A stretch of DNA of 64,000 nucleotides, taken from positions 6,336,001-6,400,000 of the forward strand of contig OZ001293.3 in assembly GCA_963921275.4 (NCBI GenBank), written 5' to 3'. A program made the translations under genes and the position numbers. Shown one piece after another: positions 22,769 to 33,774 of this stretch. The number at the start of each line of letters is the position of its first letter. Positions within the stretch are counted from its first letter, which is position 1. A model generated the notes under the pieces. That model worked only from the letters and a program-made list of their open reading frames with translations, searched no databases and had not been told where the DNA came from. The DNA is from an uncultured Hormoscilla sp. (GTDB taxonomy: Bacteria > Cyanobacteriota > Cyanobacteriia > Cyanobacteriales > Desertifilaceae).

Positions 22769-25033
22769 ATGAACTTAATGGCTCCAACCGCACCCGCTAT
22801 TACACCAGCTGAATCTGTTATTCCTGACTGGCTACACTCATGTATGATCGTACCGGAGGTCGCCAGTCCGGACTCAGCAGAAATATCCCAGACAGATAGG
22901 AGATTAATATGTGAGGCGTTTGAATTTGCCTACCAACTGCACAAGGGTCAAAACCGGAAATCAGGAGAACCCTACATTTCCCATCCGGTTGCCGTGGCCG
23001 GACTGTTGCGGGAATTAGGCGGTAGTGCAGTAATGATTGCCGCCGGGTTCCTGCACGACGTAGTAGAAGACACCGAGGTGACGGCAGAAGAGATCGAAGC
23101 TCGGTTTGGCCCAGAAGTGCGGCAAATGGTGGAAGGGGTGACCAAACTCTCCAAGTTGAAGTTCTCCAGTAAAACAGAACGCCAAGCGGAGAACTTCCGC
23201 CGCATGTTCCTGGCAATGGCACAAGAAATCCGGGTGCTCGTAGTGAAGCTGGCAGATAGACTGCACAACATGCGGACCCTGCAATATATGTCCTCAGACA
23301 AGCAACGGATCATAGCCCTGGAAACCCGAGAAATATTTGCACCGCTGGCAAACAGACTAGGTATCGGACGGTTTAAGTGGGAACTGGAAGACCTGGCATT
23401 TAAGTATATAGAACCGGATTATTACCGGCTTATACAGGAGTTGGTCGCAGAAAAGCGGGCAGACCGGGAAAAGAGACTGGAAAACGTGATCGAAATTCTG
23501 CAACTGCGTCTAGAGCAAATTGGCATCACCAAAGCCGAGATTAGCGGGCGTCCCAAGCACCTGTACAGCATATACCAGAAGATGCAGCGGCAGCAGAAGC
23601 AATTTGAGGAAATCTTTGATATCGCTGCGGTGCGGATCCTGACCCAGACAAAGGATGAATGTTACAGGGCATTGGCGATCGTCCATGATGCGTACCGTCC
23701 CATTCCGGGTCGATTTAAAGATTACATCGGTTTACCGAAGCCAAACCGCTATCAATCATTGCATACGGGAGTGATAGGTCCAACAGGTCGTCCCCTGGAA
23801 GTGCAGATCCGCACCCAAGACATGCATTATATAGCAGAATATGGGATTGCGGCCCATTGGAAATATAAAGAAACGGGGTCGAGCAATACCCAGCTGACAG
23901 GAGTGGAGGAAAAGTTTACTTGGCTGCGGCAGCTGCTAGACTGGCAGAAAGACCTCAAGGATGCTCAGGAATATCTGGAGCATATCAGGGATGATTTATT
24001 TGAAGACGAGGTGTATGTGTTTACACCCCTCGGGGATGTGCTTTCCCTCAGGCGAGGATCAACACCGGTAGACTTTGCCTATCGGATTCACACGGAGGTA
24101 GGGAACCATTGTGCGGGTGCAAAAGTGAACTCCCGGATGGTGTCTCTGGATACGGAGCTGAAAAATGGCGACATTGTGGAGATTATCACCCAGAAAAATA
24201 GCCACCCGAGCTTGGACTGGCTGAATTTTGCCAAAACTGCGGGGGCGCGGAACCGCATTCGCCAATGGTACAAGCGATCGCACCAGGAAGAGAACATCGC
24301 TCGCGGCAGGGAAATGCTGGAGAAGGAGTTGGGGAAAAATGGTTTGGAAGCTTTGCTAAAATCCGAACAGATGCAGGCGGTAGCAGAGCGCTGCAATTAC
24401 CAGCGGGTGGAAGATTTACTGGCAGGTTTGGGATACGGTGAGGTAACGCTGAATACGGTAGTAAATCGGATCGGGGATGGGAATAAAGCCAAAGAACCAG
24501 TGGAAACTGTGTCCACAGAGTCCAAGATTTTCAATCTCCTAGCATCATCCCCTCCTCAGCAAGATGCCAAGTCCAGTCATGCTTGCCCGATCGCGGGTGT
24601 AGAAGGATTGTTGCATCATCTAGCTGGGTGCTGCAACCCAATTCCAGGGGAAGCAATTATGGGAGTGGTGACGCGGATGCGGGGAATTTCTATACATAAG
24701 CAAGGCTGTCCGAATTTAGATCGGGTAGAGGGCGAGAGGCTGATCCCGATGAGCTGGAAGGCTACTAGCGAGACAAGGCGTGCGCTAACTTACACGGTGC
24801 AGGTGCAAATTGAAGCGATCGATCGGGTGGGCGTACTGAAAGACATTTTATTGCACTTGAGCGAGCACGGCATAAATGTCCGTAATGCCCAGGTAAACAC
24901 GAACCGGGGTAAGCCAGCGACGATCGACTTGGGAATGGATATTTGCAACCTGCGGCAATTTGAGCGAATCTGTAACCAAATTAAAAAGATGAGCGATATC
25001 CTGAATATCCGCCGCCTGGGTCAGATGGAGTAA
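22769..25033 (+). CDS. relA: Bifunctional (p)ppGpp synthetase/hydrolase (RelA/SpoT homolog)
   Basis: HD domain LHDVVEDT, synthetase YQSLHT/EVQIRT, TGS, CC and ACT domains. Confidence 0.98.
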   Translation: MNLMAPTAPAITPAESVIPDWLHSCMIVPEVASPDSAEISQTDRRLICEAFEFAYQLHKGQNRKSGEPYISHPVAVAGLLRELGGSAVMIAAGFLHDVVEDTEVTAEEIEARFGPEVRQMVEGVTKLSKLKFSSKTERQAENFRRMFLAMAQEIRVLVVKLADRLHNMRTLQYMSSDKQRIIALETREIFAPLANRLGIGRFKWELEDLAFKYIEPDYYRLIQELVAEKRADREKRLENVIEILQLRLEQIGITKAEISGRPKHLYSIYQKMQRQQKQFEEIFDIAAVRILTQTKDECYRALAIVHDAYRPIPGRFKDYIGLPKPNRYQSLHTGVIGPTGRPLEVQIRTQDMHYIAEYGIAAHWKYKETGSSNTQLTGVEEKFTWLRQLLDWQKDLKDAQEYLEHIRDDLFEDEVYVFTPLGDVLSLRRGSTPVDFAYRIHTEVGNHCAGAKVNSRMVSLDTELKNGDIVEIITQKNSHPSLDWLNFAKTAGARNRIRQWYKRSHQEENIARGREMLEKELGKNGLEALLKSEQMQAVAERCNYQRVEDLLAGLGYGEVTLNTVVNRIGDGNKAKEPVETVSTESKIFNLLASSPPQQDAKSSHACPIAGVEGLLHHLAGCCNPIPGEAIMGVVTRMRGISIHKQGCPNLDRVEGERLIPMSWKATSETRRALTYTVQVQIEAIDRVGVLKDILLHLSEHGINVRNAQVNTNRGKPATIDLGMDICNLRQFERICNQIKKMSDILNIRRLGQME

Positions 25034-25246
25034 AGGCCGTTCGTAGTAAGCACGCTTCGTGCTTGCGTTCGTAGTAAGCACAAAGCGTGCTTGCCAGCGC
25101 ATATGCGCTAGAAAAGGGAGAGAGGAGATCAGATCGCTCTTCTCTTCATCCTCGTCACCAATCTTCATCTTTAGCATCTGTTAAAACTGGCATCAAATTT
25201 CTGTATGATAGTTGTGGTGGCTACTCACCTATAAATTGTAGTCCAA

Positions 25247-26740
25247 ATGACGCCAACTGAAACTAACAGCAAGCATAATTCACCCAATCCCTTACTAAGT
25301 CTCGACTACGAACCCGCTCTGGAATCCTTGGGAGACGACTACTACGATGAAGTCGCAGCGGCGGAATTTCCCCAATATATCCTGAGATGGCGGAATGACG
25401 ACCTGCTATCCCAGCTGGGGTTAGACCCCAAACACGTGACCGATGAAGATTTTATCGAAGCCTTTGGCAAATTGCAAGGAGTGCGTCCCTTTTTGGCACT
25501 GTGTTACCACGGCTATCAGTTTGGGACATATAATCCCCAGCTGGGAGATGGCCGAGGTTTTCTCTACGGACAAGTACGGGGTATGGATGGGGAATTATAC
25601 GACTTGGGCACGAAAGGTTCTGGCCGGACGCCCTATTCTCGCAGCGCTGATGGCAGACTTACCCTCAAAGGTGGAGTGCGGGAAATTTTAGCAGCTGAAG
25701 CATTACATCGCCTGGGAGTCTGTACTTCCCGCTGTTTGAGCATGGTGGAAACGGAGGAACAGCTATGGCGAGGAGACGAACCATCTCCGACTCGTTCCAG
25801 TGTAATGGTGCGTTTCAGTCGTTCCCACATCCGCTTTGGCACCTTTGAAAGGTTGCGTTATTTTGAGCGTAGCGATTTGATCGAGAAGCTGTTAGACCAT
25901 GTAATTGATATTTATTATCCTCCCCATCCTCCCTTGGTTATAAAGGAGAGTGCAGCTGACAGATACCTGCGATTTTATGAAGAATTAGTGCAACGGGTAG
26001 CTGCCTTAGTAGCGCAGTGGATGGCAGCTGGGTTTTGCCATGGGGTGTTAAATACGGATAATATGTCGATTACTGGGGAAAGTTTTGATTACGGTCCCTA
26101 CGCTTTCATCCCCCATTACAATCCCAATTTTACTGCTGCCTATTTCGATTATTACGGACGTTACAGTTACGGTAATCAGTCGCAAGTCTGCAAGTGGAAT
26201 TTAGAAATGTTGCAGGTGGCATTATCAAAGGTAATTCCTGCCGCAGAGATGGACAGTATTTTAGCAAGATTTGATGAGTATTATCAGAGTAGCTATCGAG
26301 AATTAATGATGAAGAGACTGGGGTTAGAGTCAGTGGCAGGAGGGGAAGCAGAGGAGTTACTGAAACTAACAATTGAGGTGTTAAAAGATACGCAGGTAGG
26401 TTATCAGCAGTTTTTCATGGCTTTGAGTGAGGAGTTCGAGCCCAGCTGGCGGGATGATGCCGATCGGATTCCCAATTTTGCCTCTCCGATGTGCTCTGCG
26501 CGCGCTATTCGCACTACGCATCGCACCTCGGCAGTTCCTTGGGAGAAATGGCGAAGATTATATCAGGGGGTTTTGCAGAGTTTACCTGCTGCGGAGATGG
26601 ATAATGTTGCGAGTCGCTTAGAAAAGTATAATCCGAAAACGGTGTTACTCAGACCGGCGATCGAATCTGTGTGGGAGCAAATTGTAGCGGAGGATAATTG
26701 GCAGCCGTTTTATCAGTTGGTGCAGGATATAAAGGAGTAG
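25247..26740 (+). CDS. selO: Protein adenylyltransferase SelO/YdiU
   Basis: [40 protein letters not shown]; in-frame hairpin insertion at 26486-26531. Confidence 0.95.
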   Translation: MTPTETNSKHNSPNPLLSLDYEPALESLGDDYYDEVAAAEFPQYILRWRNDDLLSQLGLDPKHVTDEDFIEAFGKLQGVRPFLALCYHGYQFGTYNPQLGDGRGFLYGQVRGMDGELYDLGTKGSGRTPYSRSADGRLTLKGGVREILAAEALHRLGVCTSRCLSMVETEEQLWRGDEPSPTRSSVMVRFSRSHIRFGTFERLRYFERSDLIEKLLDHVIDIYYPPHPPLVIKESAADRYLRFYEELVQRVAALVAQWMAAGFCHGVLNTDNMSITGESFDYGPYAFIPHYNPNFTAAYFDYYGRYSYGNQSQVCKWNLEMLQVALSKVIPAAEMDSILARFDEYYQSSYRELMMKRLGLESVAGGEAEELLKLTIEVLKDTQVGYQQFFMALSEEFEPSWRDDADRIPNFASPMCSARAIRTTHRTSAVPWEKWRRLYQGVLQSLPAAEMDNVASRLEKYNPKTVLLRPAIESVWEQIVAEDNWQPFYQLVQDIKE

Positions 26741-27048
26741 GTTGGGGGGTGCATCTCACCAGGGCTATTTCATTTTTCCAAAACGTCCTGAGACGACACA
26801 TACGAAGCGTAAGATTCAAGAAAACTGCTGAAACCCTTACAGGGCAGGTGTTTCGTTCATTGAGGATCGAAGGGCTATATTCCTTGCTGGATGAGGGTTT
26901 CAGACGATCCTGTTAATTAGACTGAACCAGTGCCGGGCTATCGATCGGGGTCTATGACATTTCCAGAAGATTCCAGACCTAGGACAAATTCTTGATGGGC
27001 CTGAGTTTGCAAACCTGACTGCAAAACTGCCAGGATAAAGGGCGATCG

Positions 27049-27534
27049 CTACTCTCCTACTGCTTGCAAGACGAGATCGTATAGCCGATCGCTCACCCAA
27101 AATTCTGCTATGGTAATTAAATCATCCAGAATCGGTTTGACAGCCGAAATCAAACCTTTGTGTTTTGCTTCAATCAATACTCCTAAAATTCCCGTGAATT
27201 TCAGTCCATATTCAGCAGCGACTTTTCTGCCCAATTCTTCATCTATTAGCAACCAGTCCGCGTTTAATGCGATCGCCAGGACAATAGCTTCTGATTCTCC
27301 TTCATGCAGTTGATTTTGCCGGTAAGTTGCCAGTGTTAAGTTGGTAATATTTTGCGTCTGAATCCAATTTTCAGTCTGTACTTCTATTGCACCAGGAATT
27401 GTATCGCCTTGGCGAGTCAATTCCTGGTAAACTGCGGAGGGAATAATGATGTTGTTGTAGAGTTGTTGTACAAGGTGTAGCTGTCCTACCGCTGCTAAAT
27501 TAGTGATAGACGAGGTGTTACTGACGACAATCAT
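27049..27534 (-). CDS. DUF3368 PIN-like toxin
   Basis: MIVVSNTS, IP.AVYQE, LHEGESEAI, LLIDE, G.LGVL..AK. Confidence 0.88.
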   Translation of the reverse strand: MIVVSNTSSITNLAAVGQLHLVQQLYNNIIIPSAVYQELTRQGDTIPGAIEVQTENWIQTQNITNLTLATYRQNQLHEGESEAIVLAIALNADWLLIDEELGRKVAAEYGLKFTGILGVLIEAKHKGLISAVKPILDDLITIAEFWVSDRLYDLVLQAVGE

Positions 27535-27776
27535 AAGCGACCCATCTCCCGTAGGTTTTCCAGGTCGGTTTCAAAATCAGCAACGTCGTAATGGACGGGA
27601 ATTTTTCGACTTGCGAGTTCATGTTGAAACTGAAGTAAGTGCATGCGGGCAAAGTGGGCAGCTTTTCCAATACTGATTTTCTTTTTTTGGAACAGCATAA
27701 TGATAATTTATAGGGTGAACTCGGCTTCCGACATCCCGCTGGCTTGGAATATGTCATCGTCAATGGCTATGAGCAT
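27531..27776 (-). pseudogene. UPF0175-family antitoxin with a premature TAA at codon 23
   Basis: MLIAIDDDIFQASGMSEAEFTL*IIIMLFQKKKISIGKAA...HYDVADFETDL; overlaps the toxin start by 4 nt. Confidence 0.85.
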
Positions 27777-27915
27777 GGTATTTTATCCTGACTTGCTGAT
27801 ATCATTATAACAAGGTTCGATAACTATTGCTTTATGTAACGCGATTGTTACAGCGCAGAGGCGATCGCACCTCTTCTCCCAGGATAAAGGGCGATCTCCT
27901 CGATGGAAAGCATTT

Positions 27916-28140
27916 CTAGCTAAGTTGCTCTTGCTTTAGGATCTCCTTTCTGTTAGGATCGGGAAGAGGCATTGATGATGGAATCAGTGCCGGTTGGGGA
28001 CTGCGCCGGACTAGGCGATCGCGATATTGTTCCTGAAACTGGCACATATGTTCGTAGAGAAGATCCGGGTCATGTTGACATTCGGCTTCTATTTCCAGAC
28101 GGATACGACGGATTTCTTCAATAATTGGGTCTTTCACCAT
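27916..28140 (-). CDS. Small hypothetical protein (DPIIEEIRRIR type, PIN-associated)
   Basis: GGAG RBS; DPIIEEIR motif; lies directly downstream of the PIN gene. Confidence 0.7.
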   Translation of the reverse strand: MVKDPIIEEIRRIRLEIEAECQHDPDLLYEHMCQFQEQYRDRLVRRSPQPALIPSSMPLPDPNRKEILKQEQLS

Positions 28141-28152
28141 TTTAACTCTCCA

Positions 28153-28588
28153 TTAACTCTTCGTACATATTACCGGGGTGCGAATTGCATTTTCCGTATT
28201 GATATTTTCAATTATTTTGATAACTCTTCCATTGGCGATGTGGGTACAGTTCCATGATACCAGAAAATCAACTCCATGCCACGCTGCATATGCTAAGTGA
28301 TAAGCATCATATCTGGCTTTTTCTGGTATTTGAATTGCTGCAAAATATATTTCGGCAATGGTGCGCACTTCCTGTGTCAACTCTAATATTGTAAAGTATG
28401 AAACGCGATCGAGTCTTTGCATGTGCTGCTTGACTATCTCCCTTGGCAATTTCTTCTAAAACAGTCGGGGAAATGACTGCTTTATATTTCGGCAATGCTG
28501 TCTCCCACCAATCCCGGGTAATCTGTTGATGGGCTGCTACTATTAGATCGCGACTCGGTCTTGCTGTCAAATAACTGATTACACTTGC
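28153..28588 (-). pseudogene. PIN-domain toxin, frameshifted and 5'-truncated
   Basis: SVISYLTARPSRD...QQITRDWW, then DAYHLA...SWNCTHIAN in another frame; N-terminus replaced by the 190-bp repeat. Confidence 0.82.
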
Positions 28589-28595
28589 ACCCCCA

Positions 28596-28785
28596 TTAGC
28601 AAGCACCGGTGCCAACCAGTAGTTTCTGGGCGAAAAAAATTTTCCCAAAAGGGTTGACAATGGAATTCGCAGCCATTAAGATGGTAAAAAAGCGGTTGAC
28701 AGCAGGATTGCCGTACCTGGAAAACTTAATAACCACCGGTACTGCGAACTCGCAGTTTCATTATCGACGCGCGACTTCCACCCAA
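28596..28785 (+). promoter_or_regulatory. 190-bp direct repeat, copy 1: sigma70-like promoter plus boxA-like motif
   Basis: TTGACA(28654)-17 nt-TAAGAT(28677); GTACCTGGAAAAC at 28713; 4 mismatches to copy 2. Confidence 0.75.
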
Positions 28786-28832
28786 AGATGAAAAACCTAC
28801 CCTTGTGAGGGGGTTTGGGGGGGAGCCCGGGA

Positions 28833-29024
28833 GCAACGGTCTGCATGACCACACCCGCTTCCAGATGCAACGGTCTGCATGACCACACCTTGTATTTGGG
28901 AACGGAAGAGTCGTACCCGGGAACGGAAGAGTCGTACCCGAAAATGGAAGAGTCGTACCCAAGAACGGAAGAGTCGTACCCGAAAACGGAAAAGTCGTAC
29001 CCGGGAACGGAAGAGTCGTACCCG
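28833..29024. repeat. Two 23-nt repeats followed by six tandem 21-nt repeats (GGAACGGAAGAGTCGTACCCG)
   Basis: GCAACGGTCTGCATGACCACACC at 28833 and 28867; 21-nt period over 28899-29024. Confidence 0.92.
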
Positions 29025-29083
29025 ACATGTAGGTTCCCCCTCACGCAGGAAAGGTTATTAACTGAGAAGTATTGGGGCAACCC

Positions 29084-29273
29084 TTAGCAAGCACCGGTGC
29101 CAACCAGTGGTTTCTGGGCGAAAAAAATTTTCCCAAAAGGGTTGACAATGGAATTCGCAGCCATTAAGATGGTAAAAGATCGGTTGACAGCAGGATTGCC
29201 GTACCTGGAAAACTTAATAATCACCGGTACTGCGAACTCGCAGTTTCATTATCGACGCGCGACTTCCACCCAA
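29084..29273 (+). promoter_or_regulatory. 190-bp direct repeat, copy 2
   Basis: Near-identical to 28596-28785. Confidence 0.75.
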
Positions 29274-29597
29274 TGTAATCTGGTTTGCGGATGTCTGAGG
29301 TGATGCTCAGCTATGGCTATGAGTTGAGACTTGTGCGCCCTCAATACCTTACTATGTAAGCGTTTGAGAGTTGGGTAAGTTCTCAGCAGTAAGGGTTTCA
29401 TGCTTCGGGCGATCGCCCCCTGACAGCTTTTTAGCGCTAGTTCAGACCAAGGTACGCGATCAGACAGCACCCCATCCTGAGACTTAGGAGGGCTTCAATG
29501 CATAAGACTATAAGGGGCGTCTAAGATTTGCGCTCTACCGTTGGTAGCAGATGGCTATTTCTCTGGTTTGCAATCAGCACCGGAGTAACCAGCTTTT

Positions 29598-29721
29598 TAA
29601 GCTGTCGCGCATCTAAACTGCATATTTGGAGATCGGATAAAATGGTGGCAACCCTCGACCCATAAGTGTTTCAGCGAGAATGGCAATTTTTAACTATGCA
29701 ATTTAAATGCATCACAGCTTA
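29598..29721. mobile_element. MITE (TAAGCTGT...ACAGCTTA termini)
   Basis: Imperfect ~27-bp terminal IRs; second copy at 61074-61203 shares the core TGGCAACCCTCGACCCATAAG. Confidence 0.8.
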
Positions 29722-29748
29722 TTCATTGCCACCTACTTGGCATCATTA

Positions 29749-31393
29749 CTAAGACTCTCCCCCACCAAGAAACTCCAATTCTCCTCGTTCTTTCAGTTCC
29801 CACATCACTCCACTCTTAGTCACTTTAGCAGGGTAGACCAGCCTAAATTTAGTTGTCACTTTTTCTTGGTATCCGCGACATTCAAAGATGTACTTATATT
29901 GCGAGTACAGGCCAGCCTTGGGCAAAGTGTTATTTTTGGGAAATAGAAACTTATTACCTGTTTCAGAACCAATAAAAACTACCCTGAATTGTTTATCAGT
30001 AGTTTCCTCTCCAAAAAATAATGGTTGATTATTATCTTTCCGGTGTTGAGAAAAGCTTTGCTCCGTCAGAGAAACGTCCGCCGGTTTGTAGCTTATCAGT
30101 GCTTCTGGGTTATTGTTATAATGCTCTACCAAAGTTGCTAGTTCCTTGGGGACAACTGGAGGCAGTGGTGGAGGTTGGGATAACTTCTCGTTATCCTGCT
30201 TTAATTTTTTGTTCTCTTGGGTTAAGTTAGCTATCTCCCGCCTTAATCTCTCTGTCTCATCTTGTTCTTCTCTGGCTCTCTCTTTTATCTTGTTTAGCTG
30301 AGTTTCCAGTTCGCTGTTTTCTTCCCTTAGTTCTTTGTTATTGGCTATCTCATCTTCTTTTGCCTTTTCTAATTCCTGTAATTGCTCGCGTAGTCGTAAA
30401 TGCAACTCGGAGTTTTCATTTACCCTGTTCTGAATCATTTCAACAATATGATTTTGGACGCTTTGAAGTTGCTGAATTTGCTTTTGTATTTCTTGACTAA
30501 TGTGACTCTCTATGTTTGCAAGTTTTTCCTGATTGCCTCCAATATATTGTTAAGTATACTCTGAGTTTCCAGATCTGAGATTTCATTTTCCTTTTCAGCT
30601 GGCTTTTCTAATTGCTGTAATTGTTCGCGTATTTGTTGTGACTGCAACTCGGAGGTTTCATTTAGCCTGTTCTGAATCTCATCAGAAATCTGATGGCAGA
30701 GGCTTTGAAGAAGTTGCTGAAATTGCTTTGATATTTCTTGACTAATGTGACTCTCTAGGTTTACAAGTCTTTCCTTTACTTCGCTGTCGTCTGACGGGGA
30801 TGATGATGGAGGGGTGCTCTGATTTTTGGGATTCAATTTCTGAATTTCCTGAAATGTATTGTTGACTACACGCCGAAGATTTTGATTTATATTATCCTCC
30901 AAAGTCGTAATTCTTTGAGTTATTTGGTTTTCATATTGCGGCGAGTATGGCGTGGTAGTAAAATTAGATGGATTTTTTATATCTTCCAAATCTTTTATCA
31001 CTTCACTCATTTGATCCTTTATGACTTGAACCTTTTCTGACAGTTCGTTTTTTATGACTGGAATCTCTGACCGGTTCTCTGCATTGAAATCGTGTTTTTG
31101 TTTTATTTTCCTTATATTTACATCAATATTGTAACATATATAAAAAATGTACTACTTATTATAATAAGAAATATTACTTGCAATATTTCTATCGTGACAA
31201 TATCTTTCAATTTTTCTTCTGATGGAAGGGACTTAGATGTTGAAGGCGTAGGACTGGGAGTGCCAGTTTCAGGTGGATAGCCACTGCCATTATCTCCAGC
31301 CGCTGGCAGATGACAACCACCGAGGATACTTGCTGCTATCAAAACTGCGCTCAACGAAGCAGTTAATCGTTGTCCTTGTCTTTTGCTTTCCAT
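29749..31393 (-). pseudogene. Membrane-anchored coiled-coil protein broken into three ORFs
   Basis: ORFs 31118-31426, 30510-31010 and 29749-30438 are joined by frameshifts; internal duplication LESHISQEI...IQNR. Confidence 0.7.
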
Positions 31394-32905
31394 TCGTCTC
31401 TCCTCGCTAAAAAATGCAGTAACCACTTCAATCCCAAAATCAACGGCGGCTCGCCAAAGCTGATTTCTTCTCGCGGCTTCCCCTTCTGACTGTCTAAGTT
31501 ATCTTCTACTTTGCGTTTGATTGCTTTGAATAGTTTATTCCGTTCTTCTTGCTTGTCATCTTTATATTCTGGCAGCGGCTTGATACTCGTTATCTTCAAA
31601 TCTTTCAATGCCTTGTGGAAGTCTTCTATAAAAAGCTGGAGATATCTTAAATCCTGAATTTTAAAACTCTCTAAAATTTCTTCCGAGAATCGCACTCGGT
31701 CGTAGGCGTCGATAGGTTCTCCGTTGATCTTACAGTCTTCTCCAGCAAATACCTCATTTTCGTCTTCTTGGTCAATTCCTCGCAATTGGGTTGCTATCTG
31801 ATCGGCTACTAACCCGCAAGCTACCTCTGCCTTGGGCTTTCGGCTCAAGCTAGTCTCTTCTCGACTATCATCAAAACCAGAGCCTTCGCTTAACATCCGA
31901 CTGAGTAATCGATTCACTTCGGACTCGTTCGGATCGAATCTTGCACCGGCATCGAGCCAGTGCAAGATGCGAGAACCATTACCACCGATGAGAACGGGGG
32001 TAATTTCTTCGCGATCTAACTTATCTGCCAGGTGAAGACCTTTGAGCTAACCTAGCCTTTAGCTTAACGCTGGAGTCCTTCTTGCCAACAGATATCAATT
32101 CGTTGAATACTTTCAAGCCTCCCAGATTAATGGCTATTCCAAAACGCTGTCTGTTGCTTCTGACTCTGGGTTTCACTCGTGCCGGATCTGAATCCAGACT
32201 ATCTGCCAGTTCTCCTTGAAATTATCGCACGATCGCGCCAATTTTACCCGAATCTCCCGGATGATTCTGTAATTCTCGATCGAGATCCTTGAGCCAATGC
32301 CATAATTGTACCTTCTCGTCATCTGTCAGACAATCTTCCGGGTCAATGGGCGAGTTCAAACTACTTTTTGCCCCCCAAGGAATTCCCGTCCAGTCTGCGG
32401 CTTCCGCTGGACATATCAGGGTACTGGGGGATGTCATACCTACAGGTCTGCCCTTCAATAAAAATATATATATTTCTTCCCAGGGATTTTTTCCGTTAAG
32501 CCGGTAGAGGCTCTTTTCCGCTGCAGGAATCAATTGCAGCAGGGCACCGATAAACCGATCTCCCTTCTTTTCGTCTAGGTCTAACAGTTTTGCTTTTAAA
32601 GGAAATCCTTGAGCTTCCGCCAGGGCGAACGCCGCCAGCATTCCTTTCCATTCCCTCTTAATTTGGGGACGCAGGGGATGGTCCTCCTGCTGTAACACCA
32701 TCTCCACCAACAGAGGACGCGCCCACATATCGGGGATGGAACTAAGTCTCGTCCCGTCAGCCGACGCCAGTAAAGCGAGGCTATCTGCCACCTCTGTAAA
32801 GGCGTTCGCCGTTTGGCGTTGCCATTCTCCAGGTGTTCCGCTGAAAACTCGCGACTTGGGATTTTCCGGCGGCAATAATTTAGAAACGCTTTGATTGCTG
32901 GTCAT
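31363..32905 (-). pseudogene. Large hypothetical protein (SIPDxWAR N-terminus, GGNGSR actin/HSP70-like C-terminal part) with a large internal deletion
   Basis: N-terminal ORF 32222-32905; C-terminal ITPVLIGGNGSRILHWL... at 31363-~32040; short remnants in between. Confidence 0.55.
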
Positions 32906-32911
32906 TATCTC

Positions 32912-33690
32912 TTACTGCTGTTTGGAAATACTACGATATAGGGCTTTTACTAATCCTACTGTCCCGCGATTTGGCGGCTCTATTTCCCTGGCCATGCGGT
33001 TCAACTGCTCCAAGATGGAATTCGTTTCCACTGGCGTTCCCAAATCAACCAAATTTTTCAGTTCAAATCGCCTGTCTTTTGTCTTAGACTTTAATTCTAA
33101 TTTCCCATCTGCTTTTTTCTGTAGGAATACATGAGTGTTCAATAATTCTACCCCATTTGTCGAGCTATTGTTCGAGTCTATATCATGTATCCCTCCCAGC
33201 CATAGCAAATAATCTTGGCACCATTGTTCTACCGCCCGCAACCGGTCCTGTTCTTCGGGACTTTCCAGTTCTTGGCGATTAAAAAAGCGCAAACACCAAG
33301 GCACTCTATTTAGTCTTCCGCTCTCCCGAGCATACTGCAAATCTGGGACGATCGTCCAAATCCATATAAAGGCAAATCGAGCTGCATTCACCAGTTTACT
33401 CCTCACCTCATTGCGATCGGGGAGGTCTTCCCAAGTCACTTTCTGAGCGCTGTTGCGACTAGTCGTAATTATCGTCACCCCCTGTTGCTGGGTTGTCCCG
33501 TCCGCAAAAAGTCTCGTAAGGCCAGGGCTGCATATAGTTCTAGAAAATGGGGGATATTGCGTTGTTCTTTTCCGCCAGTGCTAAAATTCTCCTTCTCAAT
33601 TTGGCTGAACTGGGGAGTTCCCAGTCGGGCTTTCTTTGCTATATTGATCGTTATTGTTTGCTTTTTTTTACAACTTCTATCTACTATCAC
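32912..33690 (-). pseudogene. C-terminal remnant of a probable tubulin-like domain protein
   Basis: GGKEQRNIPHFLELYAALALRDF and VTWEDLP motifs; N-terminal GTPase part absent; frameshift near 33480. Confidence 0.5.
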
Positions 33691-33774
33691 ATATAGAACT
33701 GCCGTTTTTGGGTAGCGTAGAATACATTTTACAAAAATTTACAAAACTGACAATCTGACTTTCTCCAGTGAGTG

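Noticed and set aside
26745..26945. Possible IS/MITE end remnants here and at ~58200-58490
   Set aside because: Look like transposon-derived noncoding DNA, but I could not find paired IRs or target duplications
28833..29024. CRISPR array
   Set aside because: Units are contiguous with no unique spacers, and there are no cas genes in the window
28676..29087. Repeat-protein ORFs (GYDSSVP / TEESYP)
   Set aside because: Open in several frames only because the 21-nt unit lacks stops; no other coding evidence
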